From a virus (lineage: Duplodnaviria; Caudoviricetes), in IMG/VR virus record IMGVR_UViG_3300032300_000824, positions 32,001-96,000 of that record: a DNA stretch of 64,000 nucleotides; one strand, 5' to 3'. A model generated the notes under the pieces. The model was not told the DNA's origin, searched no databases, and saw nothing but the letters and a program-made list of their open reading frames with translations. Every line of letters begins with the position of its first letter. Within the stretch, counting starts at the first letter, position 1. Shown here piece after piece: positions 30,469 to 39,913 of the stretch. The position numbers and the translations under genes are program-made.

Positions 30469-30884
30469 TATATCATCTCTCTTTCTGCATTGTTTAACCA
30501 TGCTAAATTTTTAGTTCTAAGATAACTAAGATACAAATTGAATACTTTACCGTTAACGTCTTTAAATTTACTGCCGTCTTTACAAACTTTGTTTACAAAT
30601 TTATTTTGTTGATTATCTTCGTATACAGATAGCGGATTATAAATTTTTCCTCTTTGATCTAGTCTGATAAAGTATCTTGTGGTCTTACTACTGTTGATAG
30701 TAATTTTTTTTGCACACACTGCTGGCCCATCTTTTTTTAGACACGGATTTAGTTCAGAATCCTTAAAGTCCTCATTACCACTAAGAGTAAAATAACTTTC
30801 AGTCCTTATTTCTTCTGAAACATTCTTGTCTAAGGGTTTTTGGAAAATACAACTACTGTCTAAAACTTCTAATCTTTTGTCCAT
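30468..30884 (-). CDS. Hypothetical protein, paralog of 31222..31629
   Basis: Shares YxTLSGxEDF and YLRTKNLAWL...ERE motifs with the paralog. Confidence 0.7.
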   Translation of the reverse strand: MDKRLEVLDSSCIFQKPLDKNVSEEIRTESYFTLSGNEDFKDSELNPCLKKDGPAVCAKKITINSSKTTRYFIRLDQRGKIYNPLSVYEDNQQNKFVNKVCKDGSKFKDVNGKVFNLYLSYLRTKNLAWLNNAEREMI

Positions 30885-31222
30885 TTAGTTTTTCCTTTAG
30901 TTTTTTTCATTCTTGTCATACCGGAAGGTAGTTCTTTTTGAGATGTTTGTTCTTTGTATTCATTATGTTTCTTATACAAAGCTATCTTTTGGTCGTCGCT
31001 AAATTTTTCATTATTCCTATTTGCTAGATGTCCGATAGTTTTTAGTTCACTATCTGCTAATCTGACAGAAGTATTTAGTGTCAAAAGATCTTCAACATAA
31101 CATCTTTCGGTATTCTTACTTTTACAGAATTCACAAGAAGTTTTTTCTTTATAGTTGGCTATAGAACAAACTACCTCAAATTTTTTAGAGCAGCTATTAC
31201 AAAGGTATGTGTAGCAAGGCAT
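30869..31222 (-). CDS. FmdB-family zinc-ribbon protein
   Basis: MPCYTYLCNSC..KFE...CEFCKS motif. Confidence 0.8.
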   Translation of the reverse strand: MPCYTYLCNSCSKKFEVVCSIANYKEKTSCEFCKSKNTERCYVEDLLTLNTSVRLADSELKTIGHLANRNNEKFSDDQKIALYKKHNEYKEQTSQKELPSGMTRMKKTKGKTKWTKD

Positions 31223-31629
31223 TACTTGATTTCCCTTTGAGCATCAGTTAACCATTTGATGTTTTGAGTTCTTAAAAAATTAATGTATTTATCAAAAATT
31301 GTTTTATTGACCTGTATGAATAGTTCTTTGTTTTTGCACACAGAGTCTATGAAGTTTGTTTTCTTGATTGGTTGAGCAAAAGTTTTGATCGGATTTACTA
31401 GGATTCTATTAGGAGACGCTTTGACATAATAAGAATATTGTACAGCCTCAACGTCTAGAGTATTCGTCTTAAAAGCTTTTGGGAGTTTATTTTTTACTGC
31501 TTTTGCATATACAATATTGTCTAAATTAGATCTTACTGGATTTCCATCAGGATCTAAAAAATCTTCATGTCCAGACAAAGTGTAGTAAACAGATTGAACA
31601 GCATCATCTTTAATTTTATGAATATTCAT
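31222..31629 (-). CDS. Hypothetical protein, paralog of 30468..30884
   Basis: YYTLSGHEDF...FLRTQNIKWLTDAQRE. The start at 31629 forms an ATGA overlap with the HNH stop. Confidence 0.7.
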   Translation of the reverse strand: MNIHKIKDDAVQSVYYTLSGHEDFLDPDGNPVRSNLDNIVYAKAVKNKLPKAFKTNTLDVEAVQYSYYVKASPNRILVNPIKTFAQPIKKTNFIDSVCKNKELFIQVNKTIFDKYINFLRTQNIKWLTDAQREIK

Positions 31630-32213
31630 GATATATAAGACGGGGGTAAGTAATCCATCCACTGAGGAGGTATCTCATCCTTTATCTTAGAGAGGTAGGT
31701 CTTTAGAGGCAAGTACTTTACGCTTTTAGCGGGTTTATAAGGAAAATTAATCAATGGCATGTTGGCTTGTTTAGGAGTCTTATTTCCCTTTTTTCTATTA
31801 CAATCAAGACAAGCCGTGACTATATTTGTCCAGTTTGTAGGACTTCCATTTTTAGAATAATCCCATTGAGACTTTGGAATAACATGATCATAAGTTAATT
31901 GAGACAAGTCCTTATTGATTGCACAATATTGACAAATATGATTATCTCTGATAAATAGATTTTTTCTAGAAAAATTAACAGATGCGTTATTTTGTTTTCT
32001 ATACTTAGACGTTTTTGCTATAGCTGGAACTGGAAATTTTTTTCCATTAGTACCATTTATAAAATCGTCTTGATAAAAATCAATAATTTCCACACCGATA
32101 TTATTATCGTATGAATTTTTAATTGACCAGACTAACGCCCTCTTCCATGATATTATGTATAGAGGGCTATAGTCGGCATTTAAAACTAAACATTTACGAT
32201 GGTTTGCTTTCAT
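31626..32213 (-). CDS. HNH endonuclease (McrA-like)
   Basis: LVLNADY.PL, RDNHICQYC, TYDHVIP and NIVTACLDCNRKKG motifs. Confidence 0.92.
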   Translation of the reverse strand: MKANHRKCLVLNADYSPLYIISWKRALVWSIKNSYDNNIGVEIIDFYQDDFINGTNGKKFPVPAIAKTSKYRKQNNASVNFSRKNLFIRDNHICQYCAINKDLSQLTYDHVIPKSQWDYSKNGSPTNWTNIVTACLDCNRKKGNKTPKQANMPLINFPYKPAKSVKYLPLKTYLSKIKDEIPPQWMDYLPPSYIS

Positions 32214-32916
32214 GGTTTTCTAGTCTTGCTAATATGCTAGCAATAATGGGATTTCTTACAATGTCAGAAGATTCTAGTTTTGACGAACCAATACCTTCCA
32301 ATCCTTCTAATGCATATATCATATCTATAAATCCTCCTTGCAAATGTCTTGTCAAGTCAGATTGTCCAACGTCTCCGGTTAATACTAACTTACTATTTTG
32401 TCCAACTCTGGTCAATAACATTTTTAGCTGTTCATAAGAAGCATTTTGGCATTCATCTGCAACTATAAAACAGTTATGAAAATTACGACCTCTCATGAGA
32501 CCGAGTGGAACAACTTCTATTTTATTGTTCGTCTTCAATGAAGTATATTGAGACGACGGTATAAAGTAGTTGATTTCATCTAGTATTGGTAATAAGTACG
32601 GATGAAGTTTTTCTTCTGCTGTTCCGGGCAAATAACCTATTTTTTCTCCTGCTTCAATAACTGGTCTTGTTATTACTATACGTTTTACTTTTTCATCTAG
32701 TAGATATTCTAGAGCCATGCCAATAGCAATATGTGTTTTACCACTACCCGCTAGTCCTTGACAAAAAGTAATAGTATTTTCTGCGACAGTTCTGATATAC
32801 TCCTGTTGGTTTTTAGATCTAGGTTTTAATCTATTTCTATAGACATCTGGGACATGAAATTCATTAGTAGCATCGATAACCTTGGGTCTTTTCTTGCTGT
32901 TATTTTTTTTTCTCAA
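32194..32916 (-). CDS. phoH: PhoH-like ATPase
   Basis: GLAGSGKT, GYLPG, MRGRNF, DECQN and TGDVGQSD motifs. TTG start. Confidence 0.95.
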   Translation of the reverse strand: MRKKNNSKKRPKVIDATNEFHVPDVYRNRLKPRSKNQQEYIRTVAENTITFCQGLAGSGKTHIAIGMALEYLLDEKVKRIVITRPVIEAGEKIGYLPGTAEEKLHPYLLPILDEINYFIPSSQYTSLKTNNKIEVVPLGLMRGRNFHNCFIVADECQNASYEQLKMLLTRVGQNSKLVLTGDVGQSDLTRHLQGGFIDMIYALEGLEGIGSSKLESSDIVRNPIIASILARLENHESKPS

Positions 32917-32970
32917 AGTTTACCCTTTGCTATAGAGTGTTGAGGAATATCAAAACCAATTATGCTTTAA

Positions 32971-32978
32971 TATACACC
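32971..32978 (-). promoter_or_regulatory. GGTGTATA motif (candidate phage promoter)
   Basis: Intergenic, 54 nt upstream of phoH. Confidence 0.55.
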
Positions 32979-33113
32979 GCTACTTATAGCTATTAATATA
33001 ATCCCAGAATCAAACCAATTAAATACTGGTTTTAAATTCTATTGAATCCATAGTAGTACTAATGCCTATCAGTTAATTTTGAAGGCTGTCCGAACAAGCT
33101 TGGTACTTCTCTT

Positions 33114-35306
33114 TTAAAGTAAACAGGCTCCTCCTGCGCAGCTAATTTCTTCTATGCCAACTGTATTGTCTTCTGTTTCTGATAATTGAGTATAGTCTAC
33201 TTTCTTAAAGCTCTCGAATAGATCGCAGTAGATTTTCCAATTATATACATCTTTCATACAATAAGTTAGTCTTCTTGTATCTCCGTCAAAATATTTACCA
33301 GCAAACGTTTTCATTTTAGTAATAAACTTTTGTTTGTTTTCGTCATCGCCTTCTTTGGCTTGATTTAAACTAACATAGTCACAAGCTGCCCACAGATTAT
33401 TATTAAAAGCGTTTAAGCCTAGTTCAATCAAACCAGAACACCATAAAGCAGCATCACCATATTCTTTTACAATTTCTCTACTTGTGTAAACTGTAGTAAA
33501 TGGTGCTTGAGTATAATCCTTGTCTCCACTTTGAGGAATTAAAGATATACCAGCAAAGTATTTTCTATTCTCATAGATAAACTTTGTTACGCTTTCCCAT
33601 TCGTCTGGTTTCACGGTTACAGTATTACTAACATTATGACTCAAATAGTCCTGAGTGCAAAGAGATCTATTTTTACCGGAATAGACCCAATTCTTTTGAG
33701 TATCCTTAACTACCTTAAGCATTTCTACAGCTGGCAATTGATTCTTTAACTTTGCACCATCTGGTACTTCAATAGGAAACTTAATAACCTCATCAGTATT
33801 ATTAGCAGACCACGATGACTTCTCACAGGCTTGTGGGTTTAGTTTTTTGAAGTGTTGGTATGGTGCTTCTAAAATATTGGCTTGTACATGCCTTATATAT
33901 CTTTTAGCGTGGTGTGGATGGATGCCAGAGCTAGTTCCAAGCATACTACTACTAGTTCCTTCTGGCTTTAAGCAAGTGACTCTAGCAGCTTGATTAATAC
34001 CTATTGCTTTAGCTATAGCCTTATTAGTTTCAACAGCTACTTTGGCCCCATTTTTGAGAACCTTCTCTGTTAATACTAAGTCGTGTTTCTCCATGGTTCC
34101 TGTTAAAGAAACTCCTAATAGAGCTTCTCTCTCAAATATTTTACAACTAATTTCTCCAAGATAATCTAGTTTGGTGAATCCAGCCTGTAATGTTCCAATA
34201 ATAGCAGCAGCCTTACATCTTTCATAAAAATCCTCTTCGTCCTCTATAGACGAACAATTAATAGTTGAAAGATTACATCCCTGCCAACCACTCTTACCAG
34301 ATTCTTCGTCAACAGGCCACATACCAACTTCCACACATGGATTAAATGTCATTTCTGTAGAATCGCTCCAGATAAATCCTGGTTCTCCAAATTCTTTAAC
34401 CGATTGCATTAACAGTTCAAATTCTTCATAGGTCGTAGTTTCCTTAAGTAAAAGTGCTGAGTTATTACTTCGTGCTCTTTGAGGATTTTCTGAATACCAA
34501 TTACCAGTTTTAGCCTTAGCCATTTCAGTATCGTCATGACTAAAAAGTGCTAATGAAGCACTTCTGCGAACACCACCAGACAATACAGCATCACTACTGT
34601 GCATAATAATATCGTATGCGTCTATTGGTCTTAATTTCTTTTGTCCATTTGCCACACATCGGTCTAATAGAGTGCGAATCTTTTCTAACCCATTGGCTAG
34701 TGGCTCATATCCCGGAGCTTTTCCAACACCGGATGCCAGAGACGATCCCTTGGGTCTAATATTAGAATAGTCAAAAACTATATGAGTATTTTTGTATTGT
34801 TTAAATTCTTCTATTGGTTTACTAAAATAAGAACTTAGTAATACCCCAAGAGAATTTGCCCAACCTTCAATACTGTCGTCTATAACATATTTTGTTGCCT
34901 GTCCTTCTTCTATTTCGTGTTCTAGAGATGGCAACTTAGAAACATGGTGCTTCTGTACGCTGAACCCTGTTCCGCTACCACAAAGCAATAGCCAGAAACA
35001 TTCTTGAAAAAATCTTAAACGATCACAGTAGGAGCTTGTGCAGTTATAAATCTTTGCGTGTCTTTTTAGGATAGGTTCTCCACCAAACTGCAACGCTCTC
35101 TGACTACCTAATACTTTCTTTTTGTACATTATATCATATGCCCAGTCTATATCTGGCCCTATGTTTTTATCGGCATACTGTGTGTGCATCATTTCTCTGA
35201 CTCTATCCACAGCTTCTTTCCAAGTTTCTCTGCGATTCTTGTCTTCGAGCCAACGAGCATATTTGCTAACGAAAGTATAATTTTGTAGTTCTTGAAGTGC
35301 CGACAT
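33114..35306 (-). CDS. nrdJ: Class II (adenosylcobalamin-dependent) ribonucleotide reductase, monomeric RTPR type
   Basis: RETW.E, YNC, GGVRRSA, NPCVE, CNL, KPEGT and C-terminal CAGGAC motifs. No intein. Confidence 0.93.
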   Translation of the reverse strand: MSALQELQNYTFVSKYARWLEDKNRRETWKEAVDRVREMMHTQYADKNIGPDIDWAYDIMYKKKVLGSQRALQFGGEPILKRHAKIYNCTSSYCDRLRFFQECFWLLLCGSGTGFSVQKHHVSKLPSLEHEIEEGQATKYVIDDSIEGWANSLGVLLSSYFSKPIEEFKQYKNTHIVFDYSNIRPKGSSLASGVGKAPGYEPLANGLEKIRTLLDRCVANGQKKLRPIDAYDIIMHSSDAVLSGGVRRSASLALFSHDDTEMAKAKTGNWYSENPQRARSNNSALLLKETTTYEEFELLMQSVKEFGEPGFIWSDSTEMTFNPCVEVGMWPVDEESGKSGWQGCNLSTINCSSIEDEEDFYERCKAAAIIGTLQAGFTKLDYLGEISCKIFEREALLGVSLTGTMEKHDLVLTEKVLKNGAKVAVETNKAIAKAIGINQAARVTCLKPEGTSSSMLGTSSGIHPHHAKRYIRHVQANILEAPYQHFKKLNPQACEKSSWSANNTDEVIKFPIEVPDGAKLKNQLPAVEMLKVVKDTQKNWVYSGKNRSLCTQDYLSHNVSNTVTVKPDEWESVTKFIYENRKYFAGISLIPQSGDKDYTQAPFTTVYTSREIVKEYGDAALWCSGLIELGLNAFNNNLWAACDYVSLNQAKEGDDENKQKFITKMKTFAGKYFDGDTRRLTYCMKDVYNWKIYCDLFESFKKVDYTQLSETEDNTVGIEEISCAGGACLL

Positions 35307-35314
35307 ATTTTCTC

Positions 35315-35458
35315 CTATTGTTTCTTTATTAGGGCTAAGAATCCTATTAACACAGAGATCTGAAAAGAATCGTTAGTCATTTCTGTGTTACCATTAATCC
35401 ATTTTGTGTAGAAATATATACAAATACTAATATAAAATGCAATAACATTTATACTCAT
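35315..35458 (-). CDS. Small membrane protein, 47 aa (not in ORF track)
   Basis: MSINVIAFYISICIYFYTKWINGNTEMTNDSFQISVLIGFLALIKKQ. ATGA overlap with the deaminase stop. Fills the gap before the nrdJ SD. Confidence 0.6.
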   Translation of the reverse strand: MSINVIAFYISICIYFYTKWINGNTEMTNDSFQISVLIGFLALIKKQ

Positions 35459-35922
35459 AATACACCAGCCAAATCTTTCAACCATGAAAAATCAGCATTC
35501 GTCCTATGAATTTTCATTTTACTCATTTCGGCAAAAGTATCAAATATTTTTTTAGCATTATCGTCAAATAAATGTGTTCCATGATCATCGTTCATGTAAA
35601 CCGTAGATACTCCTTCTTGCCATAGAGCCATTATACAGTCATTGCAACATTGTCCTGTGACATAGGCTATTCCGTTGTCTGGTCTAACAACACAATTAGA
35701 CAAAGCATTTCTTTCGGCGTGAATCATCCAAGGATATTTGTCTGGACGATTTTTGGGAAGATTAGCATCGTCTAAACCTCTTGGATAGCCATTATATCCA
35801 ACTCCTAGTATTCTATTATTTTGATCTGTTATAACACATCCGTGTTGAGTGTGTATATCGTGACTTCTTTGAGAAATGACTTTTGATAAGCCTAAAAAGT
35901 AATCGGTCCATGATGGTCTCAT
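35455..35922 (-). CDS. dCMP deaminase
   Basis: W..YF, GYNG, HAERNA and CCNDC zinc motifs. Confidence 0.9.
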   Translation of the reverse strand: MRPSWTDYFLGLSKVISQRSHDIHTQHGCVITDQNNRILGVGYNGYPRGLDDANLPKNRPDKYPWMIHAERNALSNCVVRPDNGIAYVTGQCCNDCIMALWQEGVSTVYMNDDHGTHLFDDNAKKIFDTFAEMSKMKIHRTNADFSWLKDLAGVL

Positions 35923-35979
35923 TATTATGATTCTTGTTGTTTTTATTTTCTAGCTCAACGTACCTCTGACGAGTATTTT

Positions 35980-36008
35980 ATTATACTCCAGTGGCTGAAG
36001 AACTGCAA
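35980..36008 (-). promoter_or_regulatory. sigma70-type promoter for dCMP deaminase-nrdJ
   Basis: TTGCAG (36008-36003), a 17-nt spacer, then TATAAT (35985-35980). Confidence 0.7.
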
Positions 36009-36023
36009 CCGTAGCGTTTAATT

Positions 36024-36287
36024 TTATTCTTTGGTTGTAGACGTAATCTTGTTGTAAACTACAAGAGCTAATATTCCGCCAGCAACGCCCATAAAAATAC
36101 CCGCTGGACTTAAGCTATCATATTGACCAATCATATATAATATGGCTCCGCCAGTATAAGATCCTGCAACTCCTAAAGCCACAGTTTTAACAAAACCAAA
36201 ATTTTCTTCACCAGGAACTAAGCTTTTAGCAATAGATCCTACGAATAAGCCATACACACACCATACTAATATATTAAACATTTGCAT
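36024..36287 (-). CDS. GlsB/YeaQ/YmgE (transglycosylase-associated) membrane protein
   Basis: W..yGL.vG.IA..L.PG...T..LGvAGs..GG pattern, with three hydrophobic segments. Confidence 0.85.
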   Translation of the reverse strand: MQMFNILVWCVYGLFVGSIAKSLVPGEENFGFVKTVALGVAGSYTGGAILYMIGQYDSLSPAGIFMGVAGGILALVVYNKITSTTKE

Positions 36288-36672
36288 TCTCCACTAGTGT
36301 TTGAATTTCATCCTCCTTGAGGGTTTCTCCTGTCTCTAACAAAGCATTCAAAATGCTTAATGAATATTTCTCGTAATCTTCTTTTTTCATTTCTCTACGA
36401 AGAATTTTTTTAATTCTCATTTTTGTAAACCAACCTCTGCGTTCGCTGAAAGTATGAAGTTGTTCACCATACATAGCACATTTATCTTGTGACGTGGCTT
36501 GGGAAGTTAATTTATTTTTATTGCACTCTTGTAATATTCTTACACAGGTTAGGATTATACTGATAATCATTAGAATGGTAACAATACCAAATCCATACAC
36601 TTCGTCTTTTGGCACTGTAGACTTTTCTAAAATTTTAATAGCTATAGCTTTGAGTTTTTCATTATCAGCCAT
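36274..36672 (-). CDS. Single-TM hypothetical protein
   Basis: Hydrophobic segment FGIVTILMIISIILTCV. Confidence 0.65.
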   Translation of the reverse strand: MADNEKLKAIAIKILEKSTVPKDEVYGFGIVTILMIISIILTCVRILQECNKNKLTSQATSQDKCAMYGEQLHTFSERRGWFTKMRIKKILRREMKKEDYEKYSLSILNALLETGETLKEDEIQTLVENANV

Positions 36673-36677
36673 AGTAT

Positions 36678-37031
36678 TTATCTCCTTGGTGTTTTGGGAA
36701 TTGGACAGTTACCGTCTGGGCAATTTACTGGTGCTGAATAAATTTTGGGAGCTACAGGAGAGATTGATTTGATTGTTCCCACAGAAAGAGAACCTTTATC
36801 AGCTTCACAATATGTACAATCAATTTTTAGAATACCATCACCACTCATATACCAACCCTTACCCTTACAAATTGGACAATCTTTTCTTTTATACTTTTGG
36901 GTGACTTCCTGTACATGCTTGGCTTTAATAATACCTCCAGCAAGAGTCACAGGGGCTGTTGTAGAGCCATAATAACTAGACTCAGCAAACAATAAACCAA
37001 CACAGAATAAACCAACAAATAATTTATTCAT
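36678..37031 (-). CDS. Signal-peptide protein with CxxCxGxG zinc-finger-like and CPDGNCP motifs
   Basis: N-terminal hydrophobic leader, CPICKGKG...CTYC, and CPDGNCP. Confidence 0.65.
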   Translation of the reverse strand: MNKLFVGLFCVGLLFAESSYYGSTTAPVTLAGGIIKAKHVQEVTQKYKRKDCPICKGKGWYMSGDGILKIDCTYCEADKGSLSVGTIKSISPVAPKIYSAPVNCPDGNCPIPKTPRR

Positions 37032-37034
37032 TTT

Positions 37035-37229
37035 TTATTTTCTCCATGGAAGAATATTGTCTACCAAATCTCTTAAAGGTTTTTTTGGTTTTGGTTTTGG
37101 CTTTGGCTTAACAGGACCGTCTGGTTTATTCTCAGGAGAATTTTTATCAAACATCTTGATAATAGCCAAAATAAAATTTAGAAGCATTTGTACTGCTCTA
37201 TTTAGAGCTATTCTATCTATTAATCTCAT
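37035..37229 (-). CDS. Small amphipathic protein with KP repeat
   Basis: AGGA SD. Hydrophobic helix followed by KPKPKPKPKKP. Confidence 0.6.
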   Translation of the reverse strand: MRLIDRIALNRAVQMLLNFILAIIKMFDKNSPENKPDGPVKPKPKPKPKKPLRDLVDNILPWRK

Positions 37230-37265
37230 AAAATTATTCCTAGTAGGAATTTAGGTATATAAATA

Positions 37266-37273
37266 TATACACC
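37266..37273 (-). promoter_or_regulatory. GGTGTATA motif (candidate phage promoter)
   Basis: Intergenic, 36 nt upstream of the ATG at 37229. Confidence 0.55.
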
Positions 37274-37311
37274 TAATAGATATGATCATTTAAAATAGTT
37301 ATTTACGAATT

Positions 37312-38235
37312 TTAGAGATAGTCTTCAAATCCGTAGCTTGGTAGTTTCTGTAGAGGAAAGCCATCAAAACCACTAAAAGCATAAGAGCCATTAGCAGATA
37401 GCATTCCAGCAGCAACATCAGCGTGGATTAAAAACGACCCTTCTGGAATAGGACCCCATTCTGGATGTCCGCCATCGTTCCATTTACCCCAGCTATTTTG
37501 AACTAGAAAAGCTGGCTCGTTACCAGTATCATCACAGGCTATCCAAGCCATCGAATGAGCCCAATTACCAGATGTTCTAGCAAAACCTTTTTTATCTCTT
37601 GTATTACTAAAACCATAATTAGAGCATACATTTACACCATAACCATTAGCAAGAGCATCACGAGCTTCTTCTACTGTTCGTATTAATGAAGCAGTCTTAA
37701 TCTGGTGGTCATTAGAAAGGTCTAACACCTTATCGGGGAGACCTCTGCCTCCCCAGCCCGCTCCTAAATTACCGTTGTATTTACTAAAGTCTACAAAGCC
37801 GTAATTCTTTCTAACAACAAGACCACCAACTTTGCTAACAAATTCAGCTGCTCTGGCACAACTCATGCCCTGCCCACTAAATCCTCTATATCCATAGATA
37901 GCCTCTGTTGCGCCTTTTGCTATCCAAGCTTCTCTCTCATTATGTATATCTATTTCTACAGCTCTGGTTACATCACAAGCATTTCGTGTTCCGTGACTAA
38001 CACAATCCCCAGTGGTTTGTCTTTCATTGTAAGGATGTTTATCAAACTTTAACACACTCTTGTATGGTGTTGATAACTTACCCTTGCCACTACCGCTAAT
38101 TTTTTTACTAGCATCACCGAATAGTGGATATTTGGAAGTTTCCATTAAGTAATCATATACGTGCTGTTCCCATAAGCATCCGCTAAATCCTTTGCGATAA
38201 TTATCGTATAATTCTTTAGGAGAAAATCTAGCCAT
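37312..38235 (-). CDS. Papain-like (C1-type) cysteine peptidase
   Basis: QTTGDCVS (oxyanion Gln and catalytic Cys), WAHSM (His) and VQNSWG (Asn). Confidence 0.85.
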   Translation of the reverse strand: MARFSPKELYDNYRKGFSGCLWEQHVYDYLMETSKYPLFGDASKKISGSGKGKLSTPYKSVLKFDKHPYNERQTTGDCVSHGTRNACDVTRAVEIDIHNEREAWIAKGATEAIYGYRGFSGQGMSCARAAEFVSKVGGLVVRKNYGFVDFSKYNGNLGAGWGGRGLPDKVLDLSNDHQIKTASLIRTVEEARDALANGYGVNVCSNYGFSNTRDKKGFARTSGNWAHSMAWIACDDTGNEPAFLVQNSWGKWNDGGHPEWGPIPEGSFLIHADVAAGMLSANGSYAFSGFDGFPLQKLPSYGFEDYL

Positions 38236-38726
38236 TATTTTGACCCCATGTTAAAAGCCCAAGCTAAAGCATTAAGACCTTCTACGGCCTTAGCTCTTAG
38301 CTCTTTTGATAAAGGAATTTGATCATCTCCAATAGCAGCTACTACTACTTCTTTAGCTTCTTTAGCTAGATTAGGATACTTGCCTTTAATATCTAGTCTG
38401 AGCATAACACCAGCTAAACTATTTGCTTGACGAATTTCTTCGGTACTCTTAACTACTTCGTCTTCACCATCAAGCTCAACTAGTTTTGCTAAATCAAGAT
38501 ATAAGTCTCGTAATCTTTTAGCATCACCTTTTGCTCCAGACTCTCTTACTAATGCAACAACATCGTCGGCTTCTTTTTTGACAGCTTCATCTGTTGGTGT
38601 TGGTAATTCGAGAACATCTACTACAGATGGTCTGGGATTAATTACGTTAGAAAATTCTGGTTTCAATAGTCCTAGAAGAATTAATAAACCACCTAGTGCT
38701 AGTAATACTTTTTTGTCAATACTCAT
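38235..38726 (-). CDS. N-terminally anchored membrane protein
   Basis: KKVLLALGGLLILLGLL anchor followed by a helical domain. Confidence 0.65.
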   Translation of the reverse strand: MSIDKKVLLALGGLLILLGLLKPEFSNVINPRPSVVDVLELPTPTDEAVKKEADDVVALVRESGAKGDAKRLRDLYLDLAKLVELDGEDEVVKSTEEIRQANSLAGVMLRLDIKGKYPNLAKEAKEVVVAAIGDDQIPLSKELRAKAVEGLNALAWAFNMGSK

Positions 38727-39115
38727 GATACTTTATCCTCTTTTTTGCAAACATTAGGACTTAGAAATGGAAACATTTGGTCAGCAACCTTAACAGCTTC
38801 TCCGCAGCCGCTTTGAACAGCTAAGTCTCTGGTTTGTTTCCACGACACCACTAACTTGAAAAAGGTATCATCTGGTTGATTTCCTACTACCTTTGGAACA
38901 ACAACAGAATCTACTGATGGAACAACGACAGGAACAACAGAAGATGAAGGAGCAGAACCCTTAAACTTAGACAATAAATTACCTAAGAATACTTGTACTG
39001 GACTTAGTTTATCCTTAAATAAAACCCATAGTACCAAGCCAACACCACCATAAAGAGCCAAATCCATTGGACTCAAACGACTACTAAATTCTTGAAAGCT
39101 TTCTGTAAAATTCAT
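38723..39115 (-). CDS. Single-TM hypothetical protein
   Basis: Hydrophobic segment LALYGGVGLVLWVLF. Confidence 0.65.
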   Translation of the reverse strand: MNFTESFQEFSSRLSPMDLALYGGVGLVLWVLFKDKLSPVQVFLGNLLSKFKGSAPSSSVVPVVVPSVDSVVVPKVVGNQPDDTFFKLVVSWKQTRDLAVQSGCGEAVKVADQMFPFLSPNVCKKEDKVS

Positions 39116-39126
39116 TTTATTTTTCC

Positions 39127-39552
39127 TTATTTGTCTGAAACTTTTGGAATATTATCTATGACAGGATCAACTTTATAGCCAGGATCAACGAAAACACCAC
39201 TATTTCTAAATGTTGTAACTAGAGCATCAATTGTTGCGCTAATTAAAAGCATGAGAATTTGTTTCACATACTTCTGTATAATAGGCTGTAAAACTTGTGG
39301 CACAAATGGAAAATTTATTATTGTAAATACTTGATCATAAAACTTAGAAATCATACCCATAGCAAGAGTTTTTTTATCAACCCCTTTAAGCGATGGGTTA
39401 TTCTCTTCTATCTTTTGAACAACTTCTGCTGTAGCTAATTGTAATATATTCCACGCTTGTGGCATCGCTACTGCTTTTGCGCTTTTAAGTATCTCTTTAG
39501 CTTTAGCTACTAAATTTCCAAGATCATTTACTGATAGGTTTTGGTTTTCCAT
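39127..39552 (-). CDS. Amphipathic helical protein, holin-like (tentative)
   Basis: G.DKK..A motif and a C-terminal I..tIDALV helix. Sits in a membrane-gene context. Confidence 0.4.
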   Translation of the reverse strand: MENQNLSVNDLGNLVAKAKEILKSAKAVAMPQAWNILQLATAEVVQKIEENNPSLKGVDKKTLAMGMISKFYDQVFTIINFPFVPQVLQPIIQKYVKQILMLLISATIDALVTTFRNSGVFVDPGYKVDPVIDNIPKVSDK

Positions 39553-39856
39553 TTGTTTTTCTCTTTTTTCTTACTGTTGCTGGTTTATCGTTTTTTTTAT
39601 TTGCTTCTTTTCTTTCTTGTGGAGTTGCTGTATTCCACCAAGTCTTTTTAAGATCTGTTCTTCCGTTAATATATTTAAATAATACTGTTAGTTGTCCGAT
39701 AACAAGTATTGTTGCTTCTAATCCCCTAGTAGTTTCTTGAATCAGATCTTCTTTTTGAGAATTTTCTCCAATAATTCCCGCTAGATATAAACCACTGAAT
39801 ACAAAGCTAACTACCGTGAACCAAAACTCACTTGTTCTATAGCCGGGTTTGACCAT
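39524..39856 (-). CDS. Two-TM holin-like protein
   Basis: KPGYRTSEFW followed by two hydrophobic segments, YINGR and a basic tail. GGAG SD before the ATG at 39856. Confidence 0.55.
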   Translation of the reverse strand: MVKPGYRTSEFWFTVVSFVFSGLYLAGIIGENSQKEDLIQETTRGLEATILVIGQLTVLFKYINGRTDLKKTWWNTATPQERKEANKKNDKPATVRKKRKTNGKPKPISK

Positions 39857-39896
39857 TTTAAACTCCAATTAAAGATAGTAGTGATTACTACAATAA

Positions 39897-39904
39897 TATA
39901 CACC
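39897..39904 (-). promoter_or_regulatory. GGTGTATA motif (candidate phage promoter)
   Basis: Intergenic, 40 nt upstream of the ATG at 39856. Confidence 0.55.
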
Positions 39905-39913
39905 AATTTATAA

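Noticed and set aside
33012-33032. Terminator after nrdJ (AAACCA...TGGTTT)
   Set aside because: Weak AT-rich 6-bp stem with a 9-nt loop, not convincing.
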